A stretch of 64,000 bases of DNA, from assembly GCA_026770705.1 (NCBI GenBank), contig JANJGN010000022.1, forward strand, positions 21,080,001 to 21,144,000, in the 5' to 3' direction. The stretch's first letter is position 1. Every line of letters begins with the position of its first letter. The position numbers and the translations under genes were made by a program. The notes beneath the pieces were generated by a model. That model did not search any database and was not told the origin of the DNA. It was given only the letters and a program-made list of their open reading frames with translations. Of this stretch, positions 38,061 through 52,685 are shown one piece after another. This DNA comes from Isurus oxyrinchus (taxonomy: Eukaryota).

Positions 38061-39499
38061 AAAAAAACTCGCCTGTTGAGAGATGGATCTCTAAGCTCCA
38101 AGCACCCATTGAAACAAGTGCTGTGGCAATACCTGATTCAGGGCTGCCCAGCTTGAGGCAGATGTAACTATCCAATGAGATGCCATGATCTCTCTTACCA
38201 TCAGAAGTAACCCCTGGCATTTGTGCCAACTTAAACCACAAAGTTGAAGTGCCCTCTTCACAGCACAGCTTGAGCAAATAATATGGAGACCCTGAGTTGC
38301 CCAAGCATCGGGAATCCCTGCCGACATTGCTAGTATTGTACAGAGGAAAGGATATAATCAATACTGTTTGGTACCAGCTCTACTGCAGGAGTTGCTGGAA
38401 AGCTGCCTGATAGATGACAGATTACGAGCTATGGTACTCCATTCTGGATTTTCTGTCAGGGTCTACTCCTTTAGCCTTCTTCTCTCCTGAGACACCCACA
38501 AGGCAGTGGGGCTGTTTAACCAGTGCTTGGGGTCTGGTTCATGGTACCAGTGTGTAACCACGTGCTGGTGGGCCTCTATGCCACACACCTGGGGACCAGG
38601 CCTTTTCTGAGTCCCCTGTAACTTTGTCTGTGTCTGCAAGTTTACGTATGTCGCCACAAGGAGGCATTATGTAGGGCTTGCTGATGAAAAGGCTATGTCC
38701 TGGTGGGAGAGGTTTACGCAGTCAGCCTCTCTTTTCATGGATAGCCAGCAGTGAGAACTGAAAGCAAGAGGTGACAAGCGGGCAAACCACTATGCACCAC
38801 CCACTGTGTTAACATACTTGGCACCTCACATCAACTGGAGGCATAAACTCTATAACTAAAAAGCTGAAAAAAATATTTTTATTAAGAGCTTCCATTTCAC
38901 TGAGGAGACATCCGGCCAATCTGTATCCAACAACCTGCTCTGAAAATTCTGCTCATATTGTGACAGCTGTGACAAATTCCATCATAGCAGCTGAGCCAAT
39001 CCACAACATTCAAAAACAAACAACATTCAAAATGAAACAACCTGCAACATTCTAAAAGAAAAAGTCAATTTGCCCTATCTCCCAGTATTAACGGATCCTT
39101 TAAAAAATTCCAGGATCTGAATCCGGCTGTGCATCTTTGCCCGAAGCTGATCCGTTCTTCCTTGGGCCATACCCTGCCTGTGTACCCAGTTTTGTTGAAA
39201 TCCAGTATTGAGATATATTATTTAAAGATAAACAGACTAACAGACGAAAACATTACCTCTGCCCACCTTCAGTTAGGGAAGTAATGACTCCGAAGTGGGT
39301 AAGGATGAATTTGCCATGTCCAGTCAAATGTTCACATTTGGTTATCAATATGAACTTCTTAATGCTCTGTACCAGATACCAAAATATCCTATTCAAGCAT
39401 AGTTGGCATGTCCTTCTTTGGTGCTAGGTGATTAATCCAGAAGAAGAGTGCAAATCACCCAGGTATGATCTCATGAACAAAAAGGATAAAATGAATAGG

Positions 39500-39880
39500 A
39501 AAGAAAGATTTGCAATGATATAGCACCTTATAACACACCAGAAATGTCTCAAATCGCTTCACACATAAATTAACCTTTCAAGCAAATGCTGGTGTGTCGG
39601 CAGTGCTGCAGCTAATTTGTGCAAAGCAAGATCCCACAATGAGTGATGTTTCTTGAGGGCCAAAACACCATAAGAATTCACTGATTTTCTTTCAATAGTA
39701 CTGAGGAATCTCTAAAATTTGCTAGAAGCACCAAAAGATGCTAAGAGAACCGCTGTTTAATTTCTTACCCATAGGAAGGTATATCTCAGTTATGCAGGAG
39801 AGAGTCAGCCCAATTTACATGATCAAGCCTTAACTTCCTAATTCTGGAGTGACAGCGCTACCATGTGAGCCAAGCTGACA
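39500..39880 (-). mobile_element. Deu-SINE (SacSINE1/AmnSINE1-like)
   Basis: tRNA-like head tgtcagcttggctcacatggtagcgct, Deu core gtgggatcttgctttgcacaaattagctgc, and L2-like tail. Confidence 0.65.
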
Positions 39881-40420
39881 TCTGACCCAAACTGGGCACC
39901 AAAACAATGCCATTATTGTCATCTTGAGCCTTTGGCTATACTGTTGCTACTCTGTTGTGTCTGATTTATTGGAATGCAAGAAAAATGTAACCAATTCGAA
40001 TATAGAGCAAAAATAATTATCTAATGGCCCTGTTAAAGCATAATCAAAGAGCCCAAAGCTTAGATTGACCTCCCCTTGCACTATGACTATAATTTCATCC
40101 ATACCCCTTCACCGTTCCCATTTCCCATTTGTCTGCCACACCCCACCACCTCCCTGACCCCCACCCCACCCCACAAACAGGAACCTGCTTTATTCACCCT
40201 TTAGATTAATGGATCCTCATTAATTCCAGCATATTGATGGGGGATGACCACATCATTAACTTGTTTCTTTCAGTTAGATCAGTCACTTTATGTAGTATGA
40301 AGACAATTTTAACAGATCACGGGTTGAAGAGATATTCATGGAATTCACAAAGAAATAAAACATGGAAAAATGGAAACAATTGACAGTTAGAATTTCTTTT
40401 CCACATGAACACTGCAAATA

Positions 40421-40660
40421 AGGGGGTTGGTTAACTCTGTTGGCTTGTAGGCTAGCTAGCTAGTTCAGAATAACACCAGCAGCATGCATCCGATTCCCAT
40501 TCCAGCTGAGGTAAACTGGGGATCTGCCTCCTTGCCCTATCCCCGAGAGTGGAAGGCAAAAGCAAAGCACCACTAACAAAAAAAATCTGTCAAGAAAAAC
40601 AGCTGAAAGTGAAGCATCCACAGACAATGAGCCAAGGATCTGCCTTCAGCAGAGCACATG
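40421..40660 (+). mobile_element. Degenerate tRNA-derived SINE
   Basis: A-box-like ttaactctgttgg and B-box-like atccgattccc, followed by a SINE-like body. Confidence 0.45.
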
Positions 40661-41639
40661 TAAATGAAAATGAACTACAAATGAAGACATATCCAATAGG
40701 TCCCTAGTTTTATTCGATAACACTTAACATTAGAAACTTAGAGAAAATTATTTTATTGACATTAAATGACAGAAAAAATATATTTTGATGGTGGCAAAGG
40801 GCATTCTGCTCTGAAAAGGTTAAAAACGTTATTAATATTCTATGCAGAAATACTAAATAGCAATAACATTTGAGTCTGCATTTATAAATCATGGCAATAA
40901 AAGCACTGAAGTATAGAAAAACCTCTCTATAATGGCCACCCAAGGGACTACCCAGAAATGATCTTTATAGACAGCTAGCCATACAGATAAGATTTGTTTC
41001 CATATACAAAAATGGCATTGGAACTGAAGCATAGTGATGCTTGCAAGCCTTTTTTTTTCTAATAAAACATTGTTTACAGCACAGCTTTCAATTTCCTATT
41101 AAGTGTTAATGCTTGGTTAGATTTAACTTCAACTGGAATTTTTATTAGCAAGGAAGGGTAAATCGGACAGTGGCAAAATTACCCGAATCCTTAAGAGCCA
41201 ATTCAATCAATAATTAATGCAATGGGAATAATAGGGAAATTCTGGCATTATTTAGGGAAACTTCAGGCTGGTCTTAATGCTGCCCTGAGCATGCCAAAAG
41301 TGCACAGAAATGTTTTTGAATGTTGAAATGTTCATACAGCGCCAGCTTCACAAAAGAAGATGAAGCACCTATTCTTACCAGGCCTGCTTAGTCTCAATTA
41401 TTTTGCAGTGAGACTCACTGTTTGTAGGGGAAACATGTCACTTGTTTCTGTGTTTCTTGAGAGGAGCAAAGTATACATACCTTCATTTAATGTGCTTGTT
41501 ATTTAATCTGTCGCAATTGTTTTAATCAAACTGAAAGCAACACTCCGAGCTTGACAAATATATTTATGCTCCTAGTGATGATTTGACACTGATAGGATAT
41601 TCTCAAGACTTTTTAGGCTCAATAGGCATTGACAACATT

Positions 41640-41752
41640 ACAGTATTTACATTACAACAGTGACTACACTTTCAAAGCACTTCATTGGCTATGAAGTGCT
41701 TTGGGACATCCTGGGGCTATGGCATTACATAAATGCAAGCCTTTCCTTCTTT
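41640..41752 (+). mobile_element. Deu-SINE 3' fragment
   Basis: tacattacaacagtgactacact...cattggctatgaagtgctttgggacatcctg...aaatgcaag. Confidence 0.7.
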
Positions 41753-44649
41753 AATAGAATTATTTTCCAAAATGCAAAATAGGCTAGTGACTTATCACAA
41801 TCATTTCTTTTATGCTTTTTAGTGGCATTAATTGGGGTGCATGTAGACTGCACTAAAAATACTTCTATGTAAATCTGGATTCTGTTTGCACTTCCCTCCT
41901 GATCACTTTTTAAACCTATTTGAAATTGGTGTAAATGTTCAGTGATCAGGGACTCTCATGTGCCCTTCTCTAAGCATTCATATTTCTACCTGTTGGGGGG
42001 AAGCTCAGCACATGTGTAACAGCACCCAGCATGACTGTAACTAAAAATTGATGAGTAATCAGGCAGTATGGCACATTCCCATATTTATCGTGGACAGATA
42101 GATGAGGCTCTATCACACTTCAAGTGAAAGTAAAGTTTCATGCCCCAAAAAGCACTTCAAAGCCTGCATACCTTTCCAGAAAAAATGAATATTTTAATTA
42201 TGCTATAAAGTGATACAATGCGGCTGAAGGAAAAAAATGCCAAAATAATTTATGAAAAGGTAATGCCCTTAAGCAAAAATAATCATTTAGTAAAAGCATA
42301 CTATTTTTCTTGTTCATTGCCATTAGTGGAAAATAACTCTGGGCTGTTTGTAGGTGAATTGTAGGTGGAGACAGCTGGACCAGAAACTCCTCAAAAGCAA
42401 TCAAAGGGTAGAAGACGATACATTGTCCCCACAGCAGCTGAGGAAGTTCAGTTTCTCAATTTCCTCATCTTCCTTTGTATCATCATTGATGGCACAGCTT
42501 TTAGATACCAAGAGACTTCTTTCCCTGCTCTCCATACTTGGCCCACTACACCCCCCCCCCACCCCCCCCCCGCTTCTCATTTAAAAATTTTTGCAAAACT
42601 TATCTATTCACCCAAGCTTTTTGTCCCTCCCTAAATGCTTACCCCAGCTCAGCACTCTGCTCCTCCACTATTATAAAAAATTACCTTGACAAATGTTGTG
42701 CATTGAACATGATGTGCAGATACTAATGTTGCTGCTGCTGCTCTTACCGTTGTTGTCAATTGCCATCATTACCTGAGCTGCAGCCTGAGTTCGTATTTAT
42801 GCTGCATGGTGTCCTGACCAAGGGGGAGTTCTGCCTATTCCTGGATTTACAACCACAACTCTTCAACAGTTAAAAATTGTAGAAGAAGGGAAAATTGCTG
42901 TTCTCTAAACATTGAAATAAATATCAGGTAAATTCGAAAAGGCATTCAAATGTTCCTATAATCTCTAGATTTACTGTGCAACTTTAGTGTCAGTGACAAA
43001 CGGATATCATTTTGCACCACTGCCAAACTTGCAGTGCAAATGCAGTCCAAATGACTGCGTTGTTTCCAAGGGTTCTACAGTTTGGTGTCAGAGGCCCCAG
43101 CTGAACTCTGAAGGACAATAATCTCTGAAGTATCTGGAGGTATGTGCAACCAAGCTACATCAGTAGGTTTGCTAATTAACAAAACTATCATATTATCTGA
43201 CCTCCGTCAATTTATATGCATGTGGCTCAAGATGCGATGTAGTTGGATGAAACCAGTTGGGATACTACCACTTGTGTTTCCTTTATCCAGAATAATCGGA
43301 TTACTCTTTGCCTAAACCTGATGGAGAAATCCTTAAACTCTGCAAGTAGAGAGTTTCACTCTGTTTTTCAGATGAGATAGTGATCAACTTCTCACGCTTG
43401 CATATTAACACAGTGAGGCTTCTTTCAATAGATTTCTCCACATTCAGAGTGAATCTTGCTTCTTTACTGTGGTGGTGTGTTATTGCCCTTTGATATTGGT
43501 GGCACAACCAGAGTATCTTCTATCAGCTTCTTAGACACCAAAAAATTGTGGCTTAGTGAGTCTTATCTTGTGGGCACTACAGCATCATCTGTAGGTTACA
43601 CCTGATCATTATCAGAACGTTGCTGTGAAATGTGGCTTTTTTGAAACTTATTCTATTGTTCACTTAACTATAGCTTGGAATACTCCTGCAGTATAAAAAT
43701 AATGCAAAATCACGTGGCAGATATGTGAAGAAATATGTTACCCAGATAAGTATTTTAAAATGTGTCTGTATATTGTCACTTGAAATGTTTATGTACAGTA
43801 CCTTTAAAATGGTAACTAAATCTTTGGGACTGGTCCCTATTCTCTTCATGACTAAGGGCTTAGCAAACATAGGATCAGCCAAGAACAGCCTATTTTAGGT
43901 ACATGATCTTTCATGAGTGTGAGATCTCACTCTCTTGTTTCAGATTTACTCCCTGGAGGTGCTTTTCACACCCATTGGATGGATACTTGTGGTTGTTTTC
44001 ACATCACATGTTGTTTGGCAGGCTGCATTTACTTGAAGAGCTATTTGGTGGTGTTGGTATGATGACATATTTCCCTGAAAGCCAAATATTAATGACTTCT
44101 TCAGTAAAAAAATCTACACTCTAATCTCTCTGAAGCAGGGGCAGGCATTAGCTTTACCCCCACTATTTCCCAGTCCTACTTCCAAAGGAAACAACATCAG
44201 ACTTGTTCAGAAAGGTGAGATGACTCATAGCTCAGTTCTTAAACTGATTCATTTCTGTGATCTCAGTTCCTATTTGATTTGATGACTGGACATACTGCTG
44301 GCCAGTTAAACACAAGTCAAAAACGTGAGTGCATTGGCAGGAAATTAATGAATTTACTGACAGTTTGATGCAAGATACCACAAATATCCATTAGGAACAA
44401 AATCTAGGCTCATTGTTTTATTCCCAAGTTAAGATGCCTTGTAATTTATGATGCAAACCCCCTATTTGACTCCTATATAACTATAATGTAAATGCATTTG
44501 AGCCATGATAGTTGTCCTCAGCCAACAGAAGACATGTTTGAGAAAGATCACCATATCAGCTTCCAAAGATAGAAAGGCCAATAAAACAGGTTCATGAAAC
44601 AGAATAATGATTGATAGCAATCCCACAGTTCTGCATTCCAAATGTCAAG

Positions 44650-44780
44650 GGGCGGAATTTTACAGCCCAGTGGCAGCAGGGATGGAGCCATAAAATGCGA
44701 CGGGCCATTCAAAAGTCCATTGACTTTGGCGGGACTGTAAAATCCCATCAGCGGTGGAGCCCAGTGTCGGATTTTAACAG
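44650..44780. mobile_element. Short Harbinger-type MITE fragment (related copy at ~50528-50730)
   Basis: GGGCGGAATTTTACAG...CTGTAAAATCCC hairpin; ccattgacttt core shared with ~50695. Confidence 0.55.
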
Positions 44781-45554
44781 TGAAACGTTCGCATTCATGT
44801 TCACTGGGGAAGATGGTAGTCAGTGCTTTGGTTAATGCAGACGATGATTGTGGGCTCTTGTGCAAATCCTGATGAATGCTGATTTTACCTGATTAATTAT
44901 ACCCAAAGTGAATCTTAACAAATGACTGTGAATAAGGAAGTCTATAAGTAGGCTGCAAACGTGTTGGTTCAAATCAAATCTGAATTAACAGTGGTGTCCC
45001 AGTAAATTATACAGATGAGTGCATTATTCCCAACTAGAATGTGATACATTTGAGTCTCAAGGCTGCCTGGCACTCCTGCTCACTTGGATGAATTCAGCTG
45101 AAACAGTGACAAAAGGTTTGCTATAAAGTAGGTGAGAACTATAGCAGAATAATAGTAGTAATGAAGACATTAGGAAAGGACTCAGGGTCATTTCAGTTCA
45201 GGAATACAGGTGTAGGCATCCTTTGTGTTTAACAAATACTGTAACAAATTATTAAATATAATTTCTTGCACAGAAATATGAGAATATGTTAAGTAATAGC
45301 CCATTTGTATTTATAGTCATGCAAAGATCACACTAACTATAGTTCAGGACCTGAACTTAAAGTGATCTCTCAGGGTATGTAATTAGGGCTGCCCCAATTC
45401 AGTTGGGAAGAATAATTAAGTGAATAACAGTATTGTTTATACTTGGCCATGGAGCATGATTTAACTGCAAATTCACAAAGCATTCTGAATATTCAGCTCA
45501 GTATTAGTAGGAGGGTTCATTTTTCTATAGTGATATTGATTCATTTCTATGTCT

Positions 45555-45969
45555 ATTCTGGGTCTATACTCGATGGATTTTAGAAGGATGAGGAGGGATC
45601 TGATTGAAACTTACAGAATACTGAAAGGCCTGGATAGAGTGGACGTGGGGAAGATGTTTCCATTAGTAGGAGAGACTAGGACCCGAGGGCACAGCCTCAG
45701 AGTAAAGGGAAGACCTTTTAGAACAGAGATGAGGAAAAACCTCTTGAGCCAGAGAGTGATGAATCTATGGAATTCATTGCCACAGAAGGCTGTGGAGGCC
45801 AGGTCATTGAGTGTATTTAAGACCGAGATAGATAGGTTCTTGATTGGTAAGGGGATCAAAGGTTACGGGGAGAAGGCGGGAGAATGGGGTTGAGAAACTT
45901 ATCAGCCATGATAAGCAGACTCGATGGGCCGAATGGCCTAATTTCTGCTCCTATGTCTTATGGTCTTAT
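45555..45969 (+). mobile_element. Young CR1 3' fragment
   Basis: ORF 45549-45893 (RMRRDLIETYRIL...RVMNLWNSLP); TCTTATGG tail; inverted relative to 10250-10675. Confidence 0.92.
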
Positions 45970-47308
45970 TTCAAATAGGTATTTGTAAGCGTAACAAAGT
46001 TGAACACTATACAGTTTAATTTTCTCAGGTAGCATGCTGGATAAAACACTTTCATCAAATTCATTTACGCACAATTTTAACACAATAGCTGATGGGTTTA
46101 TTTTGGGAGTGTGATATTGGAGGAATGTATACCTGTGATGTAAATAGTGGGAAATATGTGCTAATTTCAGAGCTCAAGAAAACAAAAAGCGTGGAGATAT
46201 TCAGACTGATGAAGTATGAGTCTGAAGCAGTTCATTTTAAATGGATCAGGATAGTTGGGCAAGAAATGTTACTTTCAAACTGCAGGAGCCACAAGCAGAG
46301 CAGTGGTTTAAAAGGCACATCTGTTCACATATACTGATTAATTTTTGTACTTCTATAATATCACATATTTACAGCACAGAAGCAGGCCATTCAGCCCAAC
46401 AGGTATAGTTTTTAATCAGTGTTTATGCTCCACACGAGCCTACTCGCACAATTCTTCAACTAACCCTGTCAACCTATCCCTCTATTCCTTTCTCTCCAAT
46501 GTGATTATCCAGCTTCCCTTTAAATGCATCTATGCTAGTCACCTAAGTTAGTCCTTGTAGTAGCAAGTTCTACATTCTAACCACTGTCTGGTTGAAGAAG
46601 TTTCTCCTGAATTCTCTATTGTGTTTATTAATGATAATCTTACACTTACAAACATCAGTTCTGGTTTCCCTCACAAATGGAACATCTTCCCTACATCCAC
46701 CAAGTCCTTTCAGAATTTTAAAGACCTCTATCAGGTCATCTCTCAGTCTTCTCTTTTTTAGGAGGAGTCCCAGACTGTTCAATCTTTCCTGATGGATATA
46801 ACCTCTCAATTCTGGTATAATTATAGGGATCTTTGTCATACTTTTTCCAGTGCATGGAGACCAGAACTGTTCACAGTATTCCAAGTGCAGTATAACCAAT
46901 GTTCTATACAAGTTTAACATAACTTCTCTGTTTTCAGTTCTGTCTTTTTAGAAATGAAATCCAGCTCTTTGTTTGCATTTTTACGGCCTTATTAACGTGA
47001 ATCATTACTTTTAGTAACTCCCTGATTCCAATGCACCTCATCTTCATTAGGTGCTATTTTCCAAGGAGCATGTGACCTCTTTATCCTTCCAACCTAAACC
47101 TCACTCAGCTATATTGACAGTCATTTGCCAATCACTTGCCAATTCTGCAAGTTTATGAATGTCTTCCTCTACTTTGTTGCAATACTTTTCTGTAACAGCA
47201 TTCCAATTTGATGTCATCTACAAATTTTGAAATTGTGCTACTAATTCCTGAGTATAAATCATCTGTGTAAATTATGGCAGTGGTTCTAGTGCTTCCAACT
47301 TTTCCCAG

Positions 47309-48343
47309 TGTCACAGACAAAATTTGAGTGTTTTCTTACTGTCCATGATTAATGTGTTTTGTATGTGAGGTTATGTGTATTTTCTTACCCTTAGAGTGAT
47401 TGTCCCAATTTAAATAAGCCGCAAGCTTCTTCATCAGTCTTAAAATAAAGGCTGTTATTTATTATCCCATACTTGTCCCGGAGGTTTAAAATGCAATGTC
47501 TCACTGACCTCAAACACAAAGATTAGGTACAGATGAAGAAAAAAATCACTGCGAGCTACAAAGTCTGATTGTCTTGGTCAATCTTTCGTGGTCGGCCTGT
47601 AATTCCTTAGATGAGTTGATGTTTTAAGTTGAAGTGAAGTTCTTGTAAGCAGAGGATTCCCAGTAAGCTGTGAGGCTTCTTGCATTTGAATTTTCAGGAG
47701 ATTGATTCTCAGGTGATCTTAAAGTTGGAGCAGGCTATAGAAAGTCCTTCTCCCACTTTCAAGGTATTGCTATTTATTACCTTGGCTACTAAGTTGGCTT
47801 GCAGCTGGTTTGATGGCTATTGTGATGGGCTCAGATGGAATACTGTCTCTGCAATCAGCTTTTGTGGTTTTTAAAAGTAGACAGAAAACATGGCTGTGCC
47901 CATTATGTGACTAGTACTTGCCCAAAGACAGGTGGTGTGTTGACTACACATCCTGTGTTGTCCTTTGACACTTTGAAATTCATCCTCTCTAGTTTGGATG
48001 AGGGGCCATCATAATACAATGAAACGTCAATGGGATCCATTTCACATTTATCTAAAATACATTGAGGTTCAATGTTTCGTTTGTGTATGGCGAAACAGAA
48101 AGATGAGCTGGTTGGAATACTATAGTTCTTTTTAATTGTTGGTCCATCCTTAAACAAAGGAATATGTGAATTTCCAGGATGGTTGTGAATGTCAATATTT
48201 AATTAGATATTTGCTTGAGACTCAGGACTGTCTTACTCAAAATGCTAAAAGTCACATGATTTTCAGTGGCCATTTTAATAGACTATTTGTGTTCAAAATG
48301 TTAAAGTATTGCCTGAAAGTTCATAATATACTGGAGCATGACA
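47309..48343. mobile_element. Solo LTR inserted in CR1
   Basis: TGTCA...TGACA termini with a perfect 4-bp TSD CCAG (47305-47308, 48344-48347). Confidence 0.85.
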
Positions 48344-48914
48344 CCAGACTGAGTAATTACCTTTAACCCCTATTCTTTGATTCCTGCTTTATAGTCAAGG
48401 TAATTTCTATTCTGCTACTGCTCCCCTGACTTGATATGTTTTGACCCAGTCAGGAGTGTAATTTGTGGTACCTTATTGAAGGCTTTATGGAAATCTAAAT
48501 ATATTACTTCTACTACATTGCCTTATCTGCCCTTTCTGTTATGTCTTCAAATAGTTCAATAATGCTTGTTAAGCATGATCCTCACTTTTAAAATTTGTGC
48601 TGACTACTCTATTATATTTACAGTTTCTAGATTTCTCCTGGACTCCACTCACCATTTAAAATTTTTCCCATTGCTGCTCTATTTCTTGGTTGTCAGTAAT
48701 TTTTTTTTGTTTATTTTCCCTAGTTCCGTTCACATCCCATAAAAAATCAGCTTTCTCCAATGTATTACTTTTCTCTTTGTCTTCCCTATCTTCTTCTCAA
48801 TCTTTATCTTAAACCCTGTTATAATTTGATCACTATTGCCTAAATGTTCTCCTATACTTATTCTCCTGATTGATTCTGGTTCAGTTTGCATTATTCGATC
48901 CAGCAGATCTCCTT

Positions 48915-49495
48915 GGCCAGAATCTTCTGTTTGGCGTGCAGGGGCAGGCCTTGCTCGCCGACACGTAAAAGGACACGCAGTGACATCAGGGGTGCATCCC
49001 GATGTCACCGCGTATCATTCCGATCTTCAATTCGGCAGGCGTGCATCGGAGTCGGCTGTGAGCCCGATGAACTGTCAAAGACCTGTTAAGGCCATTAATA
49101 ATCTAATTGAAGTAATTGTCAGGGCTGCCTGTCCAAACTTAAAGTCGGTGGGCAGGTGAAGAGCCCAGGCAGCCTTTACATTTTTCATAGAACCTCATCC
49201 ACAGGCGGGATGAGGTTTCATGAAGGGCTTATTAATTCAATAAAATGTTTCAAGAAAATTCATAAACATGTCCCAGCTCATGCGACAATGTCATACGAGG
49301 GGACATGTCTGAATAATTTTATTTATTCTTTTTTTCAATTTTTGATAATGAAATTAATCTCCCCGAGGCAACTCACGCTGGGCAGGCCTTAATTGGCTGG
49401 CCCCCATAAAATGGCGGCAGGCAGCCAATCGCAGGCGGCGATTGGCTCCACATCCACTCCCAACCGGCCCGCCTGACAGGGAGAAAATTCTCCCC
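48915..49495. mobile_element. Harbinger MITE inserted in CR1
   Basis: TIRs GGCCAGAATCTTC / GAAAATTCTCCCC; reverse-complement homology to 34792-35461. Confidence 0.8.
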
Positions 49496-52244
49496 TTCTC
49501 TTGTTGGCCTTCATACATATTTGGTAAGTAAGGAGTCTTACACACATTATAAAAAACTCTATATCTTACATGCCTTTTGGTATCTCTTCTTGCCAGTTTC
49601 TCAGGGTGGTTAAAAATATTCCCATGATTATTATTCTATGTCCTTTACACATTACACATATTTTCTTACATATTTCTTCCTCTACCTCCTTTCCACTATG
49701 AGGTGAACTGTAGTATTCCCCTATAAGAGTGCTTGATCCCTTCTTACCTGTTATGTCAACCCAAAAGGATTCTGTTTCTAACCTCTTATGTCCTTTCTTT
49801 CCAGCTGGCGTTATGCAATCTTTAATTAGTGCAGCCACTCCAGTTACCTTCTCCCTTCCCTATCCTGCCTAATTATGTTATAACCTAGGGGAGAATGTTC
49901 ACATGCCAATGCGTAAAATGACACACGGTGACATCAGGCGTGGATCCCAACATCACCACGGGTCATTCAGACCTTTCGTTTGGTGGGGGCACATCAGAGA
50001 CAGCTGCGCGCCCGCTGAACTGTCAAAGTCCTGTTAAGGCCATTAAGAAACCAATTCATATAATTATCAACAATGCAGATGCATCAGTAGGAGCAAGAAC
50101 CCAAGCAGATTTTTCCTCTCCCTTGTCTAATAATGGAAAGTAATATTGGACTGAGTGCAAACCAAGCTGCTGACTTGCTATTGCTTGATTTAGCTTTCAC
50201 CCAGGACAATTTTATACCCTATATCTTCGCAACACCAGTTCCTTGAAGATGCTCAAAGTGGGAGTCAATGTATTTATCATTGGATTGCCTGGTGAAGCAA
50301 GTCAGGACAGATTTGGAGGACCTGAAAAAGCTGCTAGAGAATTTTGAGGATGCCCCATGCCAAAGGAATACCATCTCAGCAAAACCATCCCTGCAGAATG
50401 AATATTACAATTAGCAACAAGCACACAGAAACTGGAGTCTGACTGGTTTGATGGCCCCAGGGAAACAGCAAAATTCTCTGACAGATGACCAGCTCTGCAG
50501 GTTTTTTGAGCACACCTTGAAGGACAAAGGGTGGAATTTTACACCGGCGGGATTTTATTGTCCCACCAAAGACAGTGGAGTTTTGAACGGCTTGCCGCAT
50601 TTTACGGACCTGCCCTTGCTGTGAAAGAGCTGGAATTTTCTGGCTCCACCATGGTGGGATCCGCTGTGGGGAAAGCAGCGGGCCAGACAAAAACCTATTG
50701 ACTTTCAGCGGGACTGGAAGATCCTGAAAGGTCCTTTGTCTTAGTAACACTCTTATCAAGAAACTGTAAGCCAAAATAAGGAATGTCTAATGCAACCTGC
50801 TAGAAACATCTCAGTAACATCAAGATGTTCTTTGTGAAAGAGGAAAACCTTAACTATCAAAACGGTAACCAAACCTGGACTGCCTTAATTCTGCCCAGAT
50901 GCTGACCAGTTGCAATTAGAATGACAATCAAATGTTAGTGCTGTCCAGCAACCATGTCAAGTGAGAGTACTTTAGTACAACTGAAGACTTTGCCAAATTG
51001 CTTATAATTGGATCAAAGTAGCTAAACAAACCTACTTTCCTGAAATGAGTGTTCCACACCAGAAATGCATCTGTAAGGTTAACATCTTTTTGAACTACTG
51101 AGTTGATACAATTCTCTGGTATCAGTAAGAAGACTTGAGAATAGTAATAATATTCATTGTGGGAGCATAGTCTAAAATATACCAGTCATTTACATGTGTG
51201 GCTTGTGCCTCTGAACAAAGAATGTAACCAGTCTGTGATGTGACAGTCTGTATCATAACTTTTCTGCATTAAATATTCTCACGTTAATTTTTAGCTGTGC
51301 AAGTATTGCAAATTTGACAAGAAACTTTACTAAATGCTTTGGAAAGGATTTTCTTTTATCTTTGTCCTGATGGCTAGTGAGTACATTTTTTTTCTGGAAT
51401 TGACAAGGAATGTCGAAGGCTCATTACTGTTCACGCCATTGCTCGCAAACAGACGCTCATCAGCTCAGGGTCATTTGGCTAATACCTCAGGTTTGTGAAA
51501 TGCCAACGCATGTAAGTTTGCTATGTGAGAGAAGACAATTGGTAATGGCTGATTCATCAAGGGATATTCTGAAAGAAAGGTGGTTGATGCCTCAAGATTA
51601 ACATTTGTGACATGGAGGATTCTGCTTTGATCTAAGTTGCCATAAACCTGCATAGTGAAGTATATTTGGAGTTGACTCGCCCTGTTCTCCATTTATTTTC
51701 ATGTCCGAGTGGTGAAACAGTATTCTGTAAGACACGCAGCTCTAAAAACAAGCTGAGAGTTCTGAATACTTTGCTGTTTACAACTTGGTATAAAATGTGT
51801 ATGTTTCACATTGTCCTGTGCTGCTGTATTGATATTACATCTGTATGTATTTCTCATATTAAATGTAACTTACAGTTGGCATTTTTTCCACCCATCAGCG
51901 AGCAGGAGTGCTTGGTGGGAAATCACTGCAACATCTGGTATGTAACCCAGCAGTAAAAGTGGGATTTCCCGTGGGATAATACTTCCATATGCAGCAGTTT
52001 TAAACTGTGCATTTTGATTCTTAGGAGATACAGGTCCACCTTTGGAAACTGCAATTAGCTATGAACACAAATATACATTTGGATATCTCTATAATCCGGG
52101 TAATTTTGCAGAATTCCAGCATTGACTATCAACCACTGCCTTAATTGATATATGCCTAGCATTTAGGATCATATGGCATTATCAAGAAGAACAGCGAGTA
52201 CTGCCAGTGTTCTGACACAAATCCCTCCCTCAACAATATCACCA

Positions 52245-52685
52245 AGATCCAGGAAAAAGTGGCCCCCTTGATTGGCACCCCATCCACAAGCATTCATTCC
52301 CTCCACCACTGGCACACAGTGGCAGCAGTATTTACCATCTACAAGATGCAATGCAGGAACTCACCAAGGCTCCATAGACAGCACCTTCCAAACCCACGAC
52401 CACTTCCATCTAGAGGGACAAGGGCAGCAGATACTTGGGAACACCACCACCTGGAAGTTCCCCTCCAAGATCTGCACCATCCTGACTTGGAAATATGTCG
52501 CTATTCATTCATTGTCGCTGGGTCAAAACCCTGGAACTTCCCTAACAGCACTGTGGGTGTACCTACACCGCATGGACTGCAGCAGTTCAAGATGGCAGCT
52601 CACCACCACCTTCTCAAGGGCAATTAGGGATGGGCAGTAAATGCTGGCCTAGCCAGCAACGCCCACATCCCGTGAATGAATATTT
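52245..52685 (+). mobile_element. LINE 3' fragment (same family as 37075-38060)
   Basis: ORF 52259-52627, colinear with 37630-38050. Confidence 0.8.

Larger units (their letters stand above)
46365..49885 (-). mobile_element. Old fragmented CR1 carrying nested insertions
   Basis: C-terminus 46570-46920 (HLEYCEQFWSP, RRLRDDLIEVFKIL); EN fragments 48730-48914 (GEHLGNSD) and 49566-49838. Confidence 0.8.

Noticed and set aside
42198-44124. Short ORFs and AG/GT-bounded segments as host exons
   Set aside because: The candidate at 43081-43139 has stops in all three frames and the other peptides are unrecognisable.
50268-50414. Short coding-looking stretch (CLVKQVRTDLEDLKKLLENFED)
   Set aside because: Under 50 codons, no clear splice sites, and no recognisable homology.
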